Origin: an uncultured Blautia sp.
GTDB lineage: Bacteria > Bacillota > Clostridia > Lachnospirales > Lachnospiraceae
Length of the DNA stretch: 64,000 bases
Direction: 5' to 3'
Assembly: GCA_944380235.1 (NCBI GenBank)
Contig: CALWHD010000097.1
Coordinates: forward strand, 28,641 to 92,640
Below, in pieces: positions 29,606-39,615 of this stretch (position 1 is the stretch's first letter; every line of letters starts with the position of its first letter). The notes below the pieces were generated by a model that was given only the letters and a program-made list of their open reading frames with translations, was not told the origin of the DNA and did not search any database. Both the position numbers and the translations under genes were made by a program.

Positions 29606-32068
29606 TTATTTCCCGATAACAACTTTATCCAGATGCCAGATCTCATCTACATACTGCTGGATTGTTCTGTCAGAGGTGAATTTGCCGGAGCATGCGGTAT
29701 TTAACAGTGCCATCTTCGCCCAGCGTGCCTCATCCCTGTAAGCCTTCTCCACTCTCTCCTGAGCCTCTGCATAAGCTTTGAAATCAGCCAGGATAAAGTA
29801 AGTATCTGCTCTGTCACTGCAGTTGGTATTCAGCAGGGAATCATAGATTTCACGGAACATATTAAAGTCTCCGTGAGAGTAAGTTCCGTTGATCAGCTGC
29901 ATCAGCACATTTCTGATATCCGGATCATTGTTGAAATACTGCATGGGGTCATATCCGCCATTGTTCTCATAATTGATAACTTCGTCAGAAGACAGACCGA
30001 AAATAAACGCATTCTCAGCCCCCACTTCTTCTACGATCTCAACATTTGCACCGTCCATAGTTCCCAGAGTAGGAGCACCGTTCAGCATGAACTTCATGTT
30101 TCCTGTACCGGAAGCTTCCTTACTTGCTGTAGAAATCTGCTCAGATACGTCTGCTGCCGCAAAAATCATCTCAGCGTTGGATACACGATAGTTTTCAATA
30201 AATACAACTTTCAGTTTTCCGTTAATAGACGCATCATTGTTGATCACATCTGCTACAGAGTTGATCAGCTTGATAGTCAGTTTTGCTCTGCGGTAGCCTG
30301 CTGCCGCTTTTGCGCCGAAGATAAATGTCCGCGGATAGAAATCCATCTCCGGATGCTCTTTGATCTTGTTGTACAGATACATAACATGAAGGATGTTCAT
30401 CAGCTGGCGTTTGTACTCATGAAGTCTCTTAACCTGAACATCAAAAATAGAATTCGGATTCACTTCGATTCCATTGTGCTCCAGAATATATTTTGCCAGA
30501 CGCACCTTATTCTGATGCTTGATGTTCATGAATTCCTGCTGTGCCCTCTTGTCATCTGCGTAAACTTTCAGTTTTGCCAGTTCCGGCAGATTGGTGATCC
30601 AGCCGTCACCGATATGGTCTGTGATCCAGGATGCCAGCAGCGGGTTTCCGTGAAGCAGGAAACGTCTCTGTGTGATTCCGTTGGTCTTATTATTGAATTT
30701 TTCAGGATACATTTCATAGAAATCTTTCAGTTCCTGTTTCTTTAAGATCTCTGTGTGAAGCTGGGCAACGCCGTTGACAGAGTATCCTCCTGCGATAGCC
30801 AGATGAGCCATCTTGACCTGACCGTCATAAATGATGGCCATTTTACGGATCTTTTCCTGATTTCCGGGATATTTCGCTTTGATCTCTTCCACAAATCTTC
30901 TGTTGATCTCTTCGATGATCTGGTATACACGGGGAAGCAGTTTGGAGAACAGCTCGATCGGCCATTTTTCCAGAGCTTCTGCCATAATCGTATGGTTGGT
31001 GTACGCACAGGTATGTGTAGTGATATCCCAGGCTTCTTCCCAGGACAGACACTCCTCATCCACCAGGATACGCATTAACTCTGCTACCGTCATAGTCGGA
31101 TGTGTATCATTTAACTGGAATGTCACTTTTTTGGGCAGGTCGTGGATATCATTGTGTGCTTTTTTAAATTTAGCGATAGCAGCCTGAATACTTGCAGAGA
31201 TAAAGAAGTACTGCTGTTTTAAGCGCAGCTCTTTTCCTGCATAATGGTTATCATTGGGATATAACACTTCAACAATGTTCTTTGCCAGGTTTTCCTGCTC
31301 CACTGCTTTGTGGTATTCGCCTTTGTCGAATAAATCCAGACGGAAGTCATTGACAGCTTCCGCATCCCAGATACGAAGTGTATTTACAATTTTATTATTA
31401 TATCCTACGATAGGCATATCATAAGGAACTGCCAGAACAGACTGGTATCCCTCCTGGATAAAATGGTTCCTGCCTGTGGCGGGATCATACTGTACTCTCA
31501 CATAACCGCCGAATTTTACTTCCTTTGCGTATTCCGGGCGGCGCAGTTCAAAGGGATATCCGTTTTTTAACCAGTTGTCCGGAACTTCCACCTGATATCC
31601 GTCTTCGATCTTCTGTTTAAACAGTCCGTAGTGATAGCGGATCCCGCATCCGTACGCGCAGTATCCAAGAGTTGCCAGGGAATCCAGGAAACAAGCGGCA
31701 AGCCTTCCCAGACCTCCATTTCCAAGTGCCGGGTCCGGCTCCTGGTCTTCGATCACATTTAAATCAAATCCCAGTTCATCCAGGGCTTCCTTTACTTCCT
31801 GGTATGCACACAGGTTGATCAGGTTATTGCCAAGTGCACGTCCCATGAGAAATTCCATGGATAAATAATAGACAATCTTCGGGTCATCTTTCTCATACTG
31901 TTTCTGTGTCAGCAGCCAGTTGTCAATAATTACGTCCTTTACAGCCAGAGACACTGCCTGGAAAATCTGCTCCTGAGTCGCTTCGTCGATAGTCTTTCTG
32001 TAAAGCATTTTCACATTTTCTTTAACGCTTTTTTTGAATTCCTCTTTCTTAAAATGGTTGTCTAACAT
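29606..32068 (-). CDS. glgP: Glycogen/maltodextrin phosphorylase
   Basis: LGNGGLGRLAAC, QLNDTHP, YTNHT, KRLHEYKRQ, EASGTGNMKF (PLP lysine). Confidence 0.98.
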   Translation of the reverse strand: MLDNHFKKEEFKKSVKENVKMLYRKTIDEATQEQIFQAVSLAVKDVIIDNWLLTQKQYEKDDPKIVYYLSMEFLMGRALGNNLINLCAYQEVKEALDELGFDLNVIEDQEPDPALGNGGLGRLAACFLDSLATLGYCAYGCGIRYHYGLFKQKIEDGYQVEVPDNWLKNGYPFELRRPEYAKEVKFGGYVRVQYDPATGRNHFIQEGYQSVLAVPYDMPIVGYNNKIVNTLRIWDAEAVNDFRLDLFDKGEYHKAVEQENLAKNIVEVLYPNDNHYAGKELRLKQQYFFISASIQAAIAKFKKAHNDIHDLPKKVTFQLNDTHPTMTVAELMRILVDEECLSWEEAWDITTHTCAYTNHTIMAEALEKWPIELFSKLLPRVYQIIEEINRRFVEEIKAKYPGNQEKIRKMAIIYDGQVKMAHLAIAGGYSVNGVAQLHTEILKKQELKDFYEMYPEKFNNKTNGITQRRFLLHGNPLLASWITDHIGDGWITNLPELAKLKVYADDKRAQQEFMNIKHQNKVRLAKYILEHNGIEVNPNSIFDVQVKRLHEYKRQLMNILHVMYLYNKIKEHPEMDFYPRTFIFGAKAAAGYRRAKLTIKLINSVADVINNDASINGKLKVVFIENYRVSNAEMIFAAADVSEQISTASKEASGTGNMKFMLNGAPTLGTMDGANVEIVEEVGAENAFIFGLSSDEVINYENNGGYDPMQYFNNDPDIRNVLMQLINGTYSHGDFNMFREIYDSLLNTNCSDRADTYFILADFKAYAEAQERVEKAYRDEARWAKMALLNTACSGKFTSDRTIQQYVDEIWHLDKVVIGK

Positions 32069-32149
32069 CCCTTTTCCTCCTTCAGTTTCAGACACGGGAA
32101 TACCGTCCGAAGCCGGGCATACGCTCTGCGCCGCCCGTATGCTTCTTTC

Positions 32150-35100
32150 TTATGAAATTTTTTCAACGCCCAGTCTGACGTTTTCTGAATTGATCTTCCA
32201 ATCTTTTTCGTAACCGCTTACTGTGCTGTATACCACTTCTTCAGCAAGTACCTCTGCCTTGATCTCGGCTTCGTGTACACGGAAGATGCCTTCGATTACC
32301 TGATTATCGGCAAGGGAAACCTTAATCTTGTCGGTAACTTCAAAACCAGCCTCTTTTCTCATGGTCTGGATTTTGCTGATAATCTCACGTACAAATCCTT
32401 CTTCAATTAATTCCGGAGTCAGGTTTGTGTCAAGTACAACCGTGATGTCATTATCTGATTCGGAAACATATCCTTCCATCTGAGCGGTATCAATAAGCAG
32501 GTCGCCCTCTAATAATACTATTTCCTGTCCATTTATGTCAAGTTTTAGCTGCTGATTTGCCCTTAATTCGTCCATTGCCTTATTTCCGTCCAGTCCGGCA
32601 AGGGCAGCTTTGATTCCTCCCAGGAATTTTCCATATTTAGGACCTACCGTCTTTAACTGAGGTTTGAATGTATAGGATGTAAAGTCTCTCACGTCATCTG
32701 TAAAAGTCATTTCCTTCACATTCAGTTCATCCTCGATGATCTCTTTGTAGAAGTCTGAAAGAGCAAAAGGCGCTTTTACAAACATTTTTCCGATAGGCTG
32801 GCGGTTTTTGATGTTTGCCGTATTTCTGCAGGCACGCCCCATAACAACGATCTTCAGAAGATTGTCCATATTTTCTTCCAGTTCTTTATCGATCCATTCT
32901 TCTTTTACTTCCGGGAAATCACACAGGTGGATACTTTCCGGTGCGTCTTTGTCAATGCTTCTTACCAGGTTCTGATAAATCTCTTCTGTCATAAAAGGCA
33001 CCATAGGAGCGGCTGCCTTGCAAAGTGTGACCAGGGCGGTATAGAGGGTCATATAGGCATTGATCTTATCCTGCTCCATTCCCTTTGCCCAGAAACGCTC
33101 ACGGCTTCTTCTCACATACCAGTTGCTCATATCATCTACAAAGCTCTGCAGCGCTCTTGCAGTCTCAGGGATCTTGTAGCCCGCCAGATTCTCATCCACT
33201 GCCTTTACCACAGTATTCAGCTTGGAAAGCAGCCATTTATCCATAACCGGAAGTTTATCATATTCCAGTGTATATTTTGTAGCATCAAACTCATCAATGT
33301 TTGCATACAGTACAAAGAACGCATAAGTATTCCACAGAGTGCCCATGAATTTCCTCTGGCCTTCCTGTACGGCTTTTCCGTGGAAGCGGTTTGGCAGCCA
33401 GGGTGCACTGTTTACATAGAAATACCAGCGGATAGCGTCTGCCCCGTAGGTCTCCAGTGCCTGGAAAGGATCTACTGCGTTTCCTTTGGACTTACTCATC
33501 TTCTGTCCGTTTTCATCCTGTACATGACCCAGAACAATAACGTTCTTGTATGGTGCTTTGTTGAACAGCAGGGTAGACTCTGCCAGAAGAGAATAGAACC
33601 ATCCTCTTGTCTGGTCTACTGCCTCTGAAATAAAGTCTGCCGGGAACTGCTGCTCAAACAGCTCCTTGTTTTCAAAGGGATAATGATGCTGTGCAAAAGG
33701 CATTGCCCCTGAGTCGAACCAGCAGTCAATTACTTCCGGCACACGGTGCATTTCTTTTCCGCATTTCGGACATTTGATGGTAATCTCGTCAATATATGGT
33801 CTGTGAAGCTCCACAGTTTTTGCCTTTTCGTTTCCGCTCATTTCATAAAGTTCCTGACGGCTTCCGATGCTGTGCATATGTCCGCATTCACATTCCCATA
33901 CATTTAACGGAGTTCCCCAGTAACGGTTGCGGCTGATTCCCCAGTCCTGCACGTTTTCCAGCCAGTCTCCAAAACGTCCTTTTCCGATGCTTTCCGGGAT
34001 CCAGTTGATGGTATTGTTGTTGCGGATCAGATCTTCCTTTACTGCTGTCATCTTGATGAACCAGGATTCTCTCGCATAGTAAATAAGGGGTGTGTCGCAT
34101 CTCCAGCAGTGCGGATAGCTATGCTCAAATTTAGGCGCTGAGAATAATAATCCTCTCTGATCCAGATCTTTGAGCACTTCCGGATCTGCCTTCTTGCAGA
34201 AGGTGCCTGCCCAGGGAGTCTCCTCTGTCATCTCACCTTTATCGTTGACTAACTGTAAGAACGGCAGGTCATATTTACGTCCCACCTTGCTGTCGTCCTC
34301 ACCAAATGCCGGAGCAATATGAACCACACCGGTACCGTCTGTCAGAGTTACATAAGTATCGCAGACTACATAATAAGCTTTTTTATTCAGTTTCTTGAAG
34401 TTGTATAACGGCTCATACTCTTTATACTCCAGGTCTTTTCCCACATAAGTCTCCAGGATTTCATAAGCCGGTGTGCCTTCTTCTCTTTCCAGAGATCCCA
34501 GGACCGTATCCAGAAGCGCTTCTGCCATATAGTAGGTATATCCGTCTGCTGCTTTCACTTTCACATACTGCTCCTGAGGATTTACACAGAGCGCCACATT
34601 GGACGGCAGTGTCCATGGAGTTGTGGTCCATGCCAGAATGTAAGCATCCTCACCTACTACTTTAAAGCGGGCAATGGCGGAACGTTCCTTCACATCTTTG
34701 TATCCCTGTGCCACCTCCTGCGCAGAAAGAGGTGTTCCGCAGCGCGGACAGTATGGAACGATCTTAAATCCTTTGTATAAAAGTCCCTTGTTCCAGATTT
34801 CTTTTAACGCCCACCATTCGGATTCAATGTAGTCATCATGATAGGTCACATAAGGATTATCCATATCAGCCCAGAAGCCGACTGTAGAAGAAAAATCTTC
34901 CCACTTGCCTTTGTATTTCCAAACACTTTCCTTACATTTATCAATGAAGGGGATCAGTCCGTATTCCTCAATCTGTTCCTTTCCGTCCAGTCCCAGGGCC
35001 TTCTCCACTTCCAGCTCCACCGGCAGTCCATGGGTATCCCATCCAGCTTTTCTTGGCACCATACAGCCTTTCATGGTACGGTATCTGGGGATCATATCTT

Positions 35101-35293
35101 TGATAACACGTGTCAGTACATGTCCGATATGAGGCTTTCCGTTGGCAGTAGGCGGTCCATCGTAGAAGGTATAGGTTTCTCCTTCCTTCCTGCTGTCCAT
35201 ACTCTTTTTAAAAATATCATGATCTTTCCAGAATTTTTCTACTTCTTTTTCCCTTGCTACAAAATTCAGATCTGTGGTAACTTTCTGATACAT
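32150..35293 (-). CDS. ileS: Isoleucine-tRNA ligase (type 2)
   Basis: DGPPTANGKPHIGH, GWDTHGLP, WTTTPWTLP, DQTRGWF, KMSKS; 1047 aa; Ile T-box upstream. Confidence 0.97.
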   Translation of the reverse strand: MYQKVTTDLNFVAREKEVEKFWKDHDIFKKSMDSRKEGETYTFYDGPPTANGKPHIGHVLTRVIKDMIPRYRTMKGCMVPRKAGWDTHGLPVELEVEKALGLDGKEQIEEYGLIPFIDKCKESVWKYKGKWEDFSSTVGFWADMDNPYVTYHDDYIESEWWALKEIWNKGLLYKGFKIVPYCPRCGTPLSAQEVAQGYKDVKERSAIARFKVVGEDAYILAWTTTPWTLPSNVALCVNPQEQYVKVKAADGYTYYMAEALLDTVLGSLEREEGTPAYEILETYVGKDLEYKEYEPLYNFKKLNKKAYYVVCDTYVTLTDGTGVVHIAPAFGEDDSKVGRKYDLPFLQLVNDKGEMTEETPWAGTFCKKADPEVLKDLDQRGLLFSAPKFEHSYPHCWRCDTPLIYYARESWFIKMTAVKEDLIRNNNTINWIPESIGKGRFGDWLENVQDWGISRNRYWGTPLNVWECECGHMHSIGSRQELYEMSGNEKAKTVELHRPYIDEITIKCPKCGKEMHRVPEVIDCWFDSGAMPFAQHHYPFENKELFEQQFPADFISEAVDQTRGWFYSLLAESTLLFNKAPYKNVIVLGHVQDENGQKMSKSKGNAVDPFQALETYGADAIRWYFYVNSAPWLPNRFHGKAVQEGQRKFMGTLWNTYAFFVLYANIDEFDATKYTLEYDKLPVMDKWLLSKLNTVVKAVDENLAGYKIPETARALQSFVDDMSNWYVRRSRERFWAKGMEQDKINAYMTLYTALVTLCKAAAPMVPFMTEEIYQNLVRSIDKDAPESIHLCDFPEVKEEWIDKELEENMDNLLKIVVMGRACRNTANIKNRQPIGKMFVKAPFALSDFYKEIIEDELNVKEMTFTDDVRDFTSYTFKPQLKTVGPKYGKFLGGIKAALAGLDGNKAMDELRANQQLKLDINGQEIVLLEGDLLIDTAQMEGYVSESDNDITVVLDTNLTPELIEEGFVREIISKIQTMRKEAGFEVTDKIKVSLADNQVIEGIFRVHEAEIKAEVLAEEVVYSTVSGYEKDWKINSENVRLGVEKIS

Positions 35294-35315
35294 GGTTTTC
35301 TCCTTTCTTTCTACT

Positions 35316-35562
35316 AAAAAAGCTCCCGCCCTGTAACAGGACGAAAGCTATACATAACTGTCGTTATACCACCTCTTACAACATACGAAGCATTGCTGCT
35401 TTTATACGCGTTCCTTTTAACGGTGGAAAGCCGGCAGATCCTACTTGGTTCAGACAGCAACTCAGGAGTGATTTTCTTTCACCGCTACTCGTACCGGGCT
35501 TCCACCTTTCCCGGCTCTCTGGAACTTTTACAGGCAAAATACTGTCTCCATCTTCGTCTTTA
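35316..35562 (-). ncRNA. T-box leader with Ile (ATC) specifier
   Basis: AGAGA and GGTGGAA stem I motifs, specifier GAAAATC (ATC = reverse complement of 35470-35472), T-box AGGTGGTATAACG, terminator AGCTTTCGTCCTG...CAGGGCGGGAGCTTTTT. Confidence 0.92.
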
Positions 35563-35577
35563 CTGATTTATACAGCC

Positions 35578-35607
35578 ATTATACTGATTTCTTTCCCTTG
35601 TTGTCAA
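35578..35607 (-). promoter_or_regulatory. Sigma-A promoter of the ileS leader
   Basis: Consensus hexamers TTGACA-N18-TATAAT. Confidence 0.8.
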
Positions 35608-35711
35608 GGAGAATTTGTTCCTGATAATTGATATAATCTTTAAAATCGCTTATAATATGAAGAATGGAAGTTTTTCCAGTACACCAGAAAAGGAAACGAG
35701 GATTTTCTATT

Positions 35712-37259
35712 ATGAGGGCAAAGCAATTATCACGTATGTTCGGTGCTTTTCTGCTGAGCGCCGTACTGACTGTAAATACAGGGAATCTGACCGCCTACGG
35801 AGCTGCCGAAAACACACAGGGCACAGTCCAGCAGACCCAGTCGTCCGATGCCAATGCCGGCGCCGCCGCAGACACCACGCAGAATCCCCAGGAACCCCAG
35901 ATGCCGGAGAGCTATGAATGGGAAATTCAGTCCAACAAAATAAAAGGATGGCCCCAGGGTCCTAAAGTATCAGCAGAGACTGCTATTGTCATGGACCTGG
36001 ATTCCGGCGAGATTCTTTACGCAAAAGGGATTGATGAAAAACGGGCTCCGGCAAGCACCACCAAAATCATGACCTCCATGCTGGCCATTGAAAAGGTACC
36101 TCTGGATCAGCAGATCACCTTCACCAATGAAGTAAACAACATTGAAGCGGGCAGCACGCATATCGGTATTAAGCCCGGCGAGACGCTGACCATGGAACAA
36201 AGCCTGTACGGCATTCTCCTGGCATCCGCCAATGAAGTCTCCTCCGGTGTGGCAGAAAACATCGGCGGAACCGTGCAGGCATTTGTGGATATGATGAACC
36301 AGCGGGCAAAGGAGCTGGGCTGTGAAAACACTCATTTTGTCAATGCCAATGGGCTTTACAGCGATGATCACTACACTACTGCAAGAGATCTCGCCATTAT
36401 CTCCAGAGCAGCATTTCAAAATGAAACCTTCCGCAATATCATAAAAACAGAATACTATATCATACCGCCCACCAATATCACAGCAGAACAGCGGTGGCTG
36501 AACAATCATCACAAAATGCTCGTCTCCGGAGCGCAGCATTATGACGGCTGCCTCGGGGGAAAAACAGGCTACACAGAAAAAGCAGGCAACACCCTTGTTA
36601 CCTATGCCGAAAGAAACGGCATGCGCCTGGTCTGCGTGGTGCTGAAGGATAATCTGTATCATTATGAAGACACCAAAAACCTGCTGGATTATGCATTTAA
36701 TAATTTCCAGAAAGTACCGCTCTCTTCTTACACCTCTCTTGAGAGCAGACCGGACGCCTTTGGAGAATACCTGAAAGAGCAGGGCATGCTTCCTGAAGCT
36801 GTACAAGATACCGCACTTCTCCTGCCCTCCAAGGCAGAAGAAAAAATAACCTTTAAACCCCTGCTGGAAGGTGACACTCTGAATATGGAATATTATTACG
36901 GGGATACCCTCCTTCTCAGCACGGATACCGCAGCTTCTCAAACAATACAGGATGCCCAAAAGCAGGCAGAACTGATGGCGCGGCAGACAGAGCAGGCTTC
37001 CGCAGTCTCTGACTCCGCCGGGGCTGATCCGGAATCCTCCCAGGATTCCTCAAGGGGTACTTCCCAGTCACTGAGAGGTTTCGCAGCTGATCTCGCAGCC
37101 CAGTTCCAGGAACTTCCCAGCTGGAAATACCCGGCTCTGGTTCTTCTGTGCGGCGCTCTGATCTTCTATCTTGTCATGCTGATCATAAGGATCAAAAGAA
37201 GCAGACGGCGCAGACGCAGGGAAAAGTCCAAAAGGAACAGCAGAAAAAAAGATGAATAA
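35712..37259 (+). CDS. D-alanyl-D-alanine carboxypeptidase (peptidase S11)
   Basis: Signal peptide, PASTTK, SAN, GGKTGY, C-terminal TM with a basic tail. Confidence 0.93.
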   Translation: MRAKQLSRMFGAFLLSAVLTVNTGNLTAYGAAENTQGTVQQTQSSDANAGAAADTTQNPQEPQMPESYEWEIQSNKIKGWPQGPKVSAETAIVMDLDSGEILYAKGIDEKRAPASTTKIMTSMLAIEKVPLDQQITFTNEVNNIEAGSTHIGIKPGETLTMEQSLYGILLASANEVSSGVAENIGGTVQAFVDMMNQRAKELGCENTHFVNANGLYSDDHYTTARDLAIISRAAFQNETFRNIIKTEYYIIPPTNITAEQRWLNNHHKMLVSGAQHYDGCLGGKTGYTEKAGNTLVTYAERNGMRLVCVVLKDNLYHYEDTKNLLDYAFNNFQKVPLSSYTSLESRPDAFGEYLKEQGMLPEAVQDTALLLPSKAEEKITFKPLLEGDTLNMEYYYGDTLLLSTDTAASQTIQDAQKQAELMARQTEQASAVSDSAGADPESSQDSSRGTSQSLRGFAADLAAQFQELPSWKYPALVLLCGALIFYLVMLIIRIKRSRRRRRREKSKRNSRKKDE

Positions 37260-37282
37260 ATGTAAAACAGAAAGGATTTTAT

Positions 37283-37993
37283 ATGGAAGTAACCTATATC
37301 AGTCACAGCGGATTTCTTCTGGAGTGGCAGGACTGCGACTGGCTCTTTGATTACTGCCAGGGTCCCCTGCCCCGGGGGAATTCCGGGAAACCTCTTTTTG
37401 TCTTTGTCTCTCATAAGCATGGCGATCATTTCAGCCCTGAAATTTTTTCCATAGAAGGATACAGCGAAATCTGCTATATCCTGTCCCAGGATACCAGAAG
37501 ACAGATGAAACAGTTTCCCCATATAGAGCATGTGCACTTTCTGAAGGCAGGAGAAACCCTCCGGCTGCCTGTAAAAAACTCCGGCAGCTGCCTTGATATC
37601 CGTACACTTCCTTCCACAGACTGCGGCGTTGCTTTTCTCGTGACTTACGAGGGCAAGACCATTTACCACGCCGGAGACCTGAACTGGTGGGTCTGGAAAG
37701 GGGAGACAAAACAGTATAATAACAACATGACTGCAAATTTTCTCAAATATACAAAGCCTCTGGAAGGATTGAAACTCTTCGCCGCCTTTCTCCCTCTTGA
37801 CCCGCGGCAGGAGGACTGGTACAGTAAAGGCATGGTGCATGTTCTGGAAACAGCACAGGTTTCCCACGCATTCCCCATGCATTTTTGGAAAGATTTTTCT
37901 GTCATTGACAAATTTCTCAACTCACCGGAAGGCACACCTTACCGAAACCAGACAGTAAGACTGACGAAAGAAGGTCAAAAATTCTATTTTTAA
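37283..37993 (+). CDS. MBL-fold metallo-hydrolase
   Basis: HSGF, SHKHGDH, YHAGD, PMH. Confidence 0.9.
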   Translation: MEVTYISHSGFLLEWQDCDWLFDYCQGPLPRGNSGKPLFVFVSHKHGDHFSPEIFSIEGYSEICYILSQDTRRQMKQFPHIEHVHFLKAGETLRLPVKNSGSCLDIRTLPSTDCGVAFLVTYEGKTIYHAGDLNWWVWKGETKQYNNNMTANFLKYTKPLEGLKLFAAFLPLDPRQEDWYSKGMVHVLETAQVSHAFPMHFWKDFSVIDKFLNSPEGTPYRNQTVRLTKEGQKFYF

Positions 37994-38020
37994 TTATTTA
38001 TTTTCAGGAGGAATCTACAT

Positions 38021-38389
38021 ATGAAATTTCAGATGATTCACGAAAACTACAATGTCAAAGATCTGGACAAGTCCATTGCCTTTTATGAAAAAGCCCTTGG
38101 CTTAAAAGAAAAGAGAAGGATCAACGCAGAGGATGGCTCCTTTATTATCGTATATCTCGGAAACGAAACCACAGATTTCGAACTGGAGCTGACCTGGCTG
38201 AGAGATTTCGACCGCGCCTATAATCTGGGTGACTGTGAATTCCATCTGGCTTTCCGCACAGATGATTTTGAAGCAGCACATAAACTCCACGAAGAGATGG
38301 GCTGCATCTGCTTTGAAAATCCTTCTATGGGAATCTATTTCATCTCCGATCCGGACGGCTACTGGCTGGAAATCGTTCCGGAGAAGTAA
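38021..38389 (+). CDS. VOC/glyoxalase I (lactoylglutathione lyase-like)
   Basis: HENYNVKDLDKSIAFY, ELELT, HLAF, DPDGYWLE with His/Glu/His/Glu metal ligands. Confidence 0.9.
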   Translation: MKFQMIHENYNVKDLDKSIAFYEKALGLKEKRRINAEDGSFIIVYLGNETTDFELELTWLRDFDRAYNLGDCEFHLAFRTDDFEAAHKLHEEMGCICFENPSMGIYFISDPDGYWLEIVPEK

Positions 38390-38454
38390 ACAGCGGAAAA
38401 ACCACGTGCAGCAGAAGGGGACATCCCTTCCTGCCAATTTCAATCCTTGTTACA

Positions 38455-38527
38455 AAACAAAATAAGCATATCCTGCCAGAATACCGCGCTGAAAAGCACA
38501 GCATTCTGCAGGATATGCTTGTTTTTT
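38455..38527. terminator. Bidirectional terminator
   Basis: AAGCATATCCTGC...GCAGGATATGCTT flanked by A and T tracts. Confidence 0.75.
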
Positions 38528-38541
38528 ATCATCCTGTCCGG

Positions 38542-39498
38542 TTATAAAGAAAAGCGGTCAATACGAATCAGTTCCTCTTCTGTAAAAAGACTTCCTTCCA
38601 TCATTTTCAGATTATCCACAATCTGTTCCGGCTTTGAAACTCCAATCAATACACTGGTCACATCTTTATCTTTCATGACCCACTTCAGCGCCATCTGGGC
38701 GAGACTTTCTCCCCTTTCTTCTGCCATATGGTTTAGCTTTCGGATGCTCTCCAGCTTTTCTTTTGACAGCATATCCTCTTTCAGAAATCTGCCGTCTGTT
38801 TTTACACGGCTGTCTGCAGGAATCCCTTCCAGATACCGGTTTGTCAGCATTCCCTGTGCAAGAGGACTAAAAGAAATAATCCCTTTCTGTTTCTTCCTGG
38901 CAGTTTCTTTTAAACCATTCTTCTCAATAGTTCTGTTAAAAATATTATAGGAATTCTGGTTTATGATAAAAGGACACCTCATATCCTCCAGAATTTCACA
39001 TGCCTTCTCCATTGTAGGACCATCATAATTAGACAGTCCCGCATAAAGAGCCTTTCCGCTTGTCACAGCCTGATTCAGAGCTCCCATAGTTTCTTCCAGA
39101 GGCGTCTCCGGATCCATACGGTGATGATAGAAAATATCCACATACTCCAGTCCCATACGCTTCAGGCTCTGATCCAGGCTGGCAAGAAGGTACTTCCTGC
39201 TTCCCCCGTCTCCATAGGGTCCCGGCCACATATCAAAGCCTGCTTTTGTGCTGACCAGTATTTCATCCCGATAATCTCTCAGTTCTTCCTTTAGAATACG
39301 TCCGAAATTTTGTTCTGCACTTCCCGGGTCCGGTCCGTAATTATTTGCCAGGTCGAAATGGGTAATACCATGGTCGAATGCGGTAAAACACAACTTTTTC
39401 ATGGTTTCATATCTACCGGTATCCCCAAAATTATGCCAAAGCCCTAAAGAAACTGCCGGAAGTTTCAATCCGCTTTTCCCACAGCAGTTATACTTCAT
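38542..39498 (-). CDS. Aldo/keto reductase (L-glyceraldehyde 3-phosphate reductase Gpr/YghZ-like)
   Basis: SLGLWHNFG, FDLANNYGP, TKAG, WPGPYG, DIFYHHR, FSPLAQG. Confidence 0.92.
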   Translation of the reverse strand: MKYNCCGKSGLKLPAVSLGLWHNFGDTGRYETMKKLCFTAFDHGITHFDLANNYGPDPGSAEQNFGRILKEELRDYRDEILVSTKAGFDMWPGPYGDGGSRKYLLASLDQSLKRMGLEYVDIFYHHRMDPETPLEETMGALNQAVTSGKALYAGLSNYDGPTMEKACEILEDMRCPFIINQNSYNIFNRTIEKNGLKETARKKQKGIISFSPLAQGMLTNRYLEGIPADSRVKTDGRFLKEDMLSKEKLESIRKLNHMAEERGESLAQMALKWVMKDKDVTSVLIGVSKPEQIVDNLKMMEGSLFTEEELIRIDRFSL

Positions 39499-39615
39499 AT
39501 TTTCATACCGTTTTTCATCCGCTCTGTATATTTTTTATACTCTGTCCTTTCCCCGGAAATAATCTTTTCCGCTCTATATTTTGCCCTCAAAAGCCGGATA
39601 TCCCATTCATTGACC

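Noticed and set aside
29873-36959. Long antisense ORFs (290, 233 and 329 aa; likewise 14040-14888 and 62670-63629)
   Set aside because: They overlap well-supported genes on the opposite strand and lack motifs; expected from codon bias.
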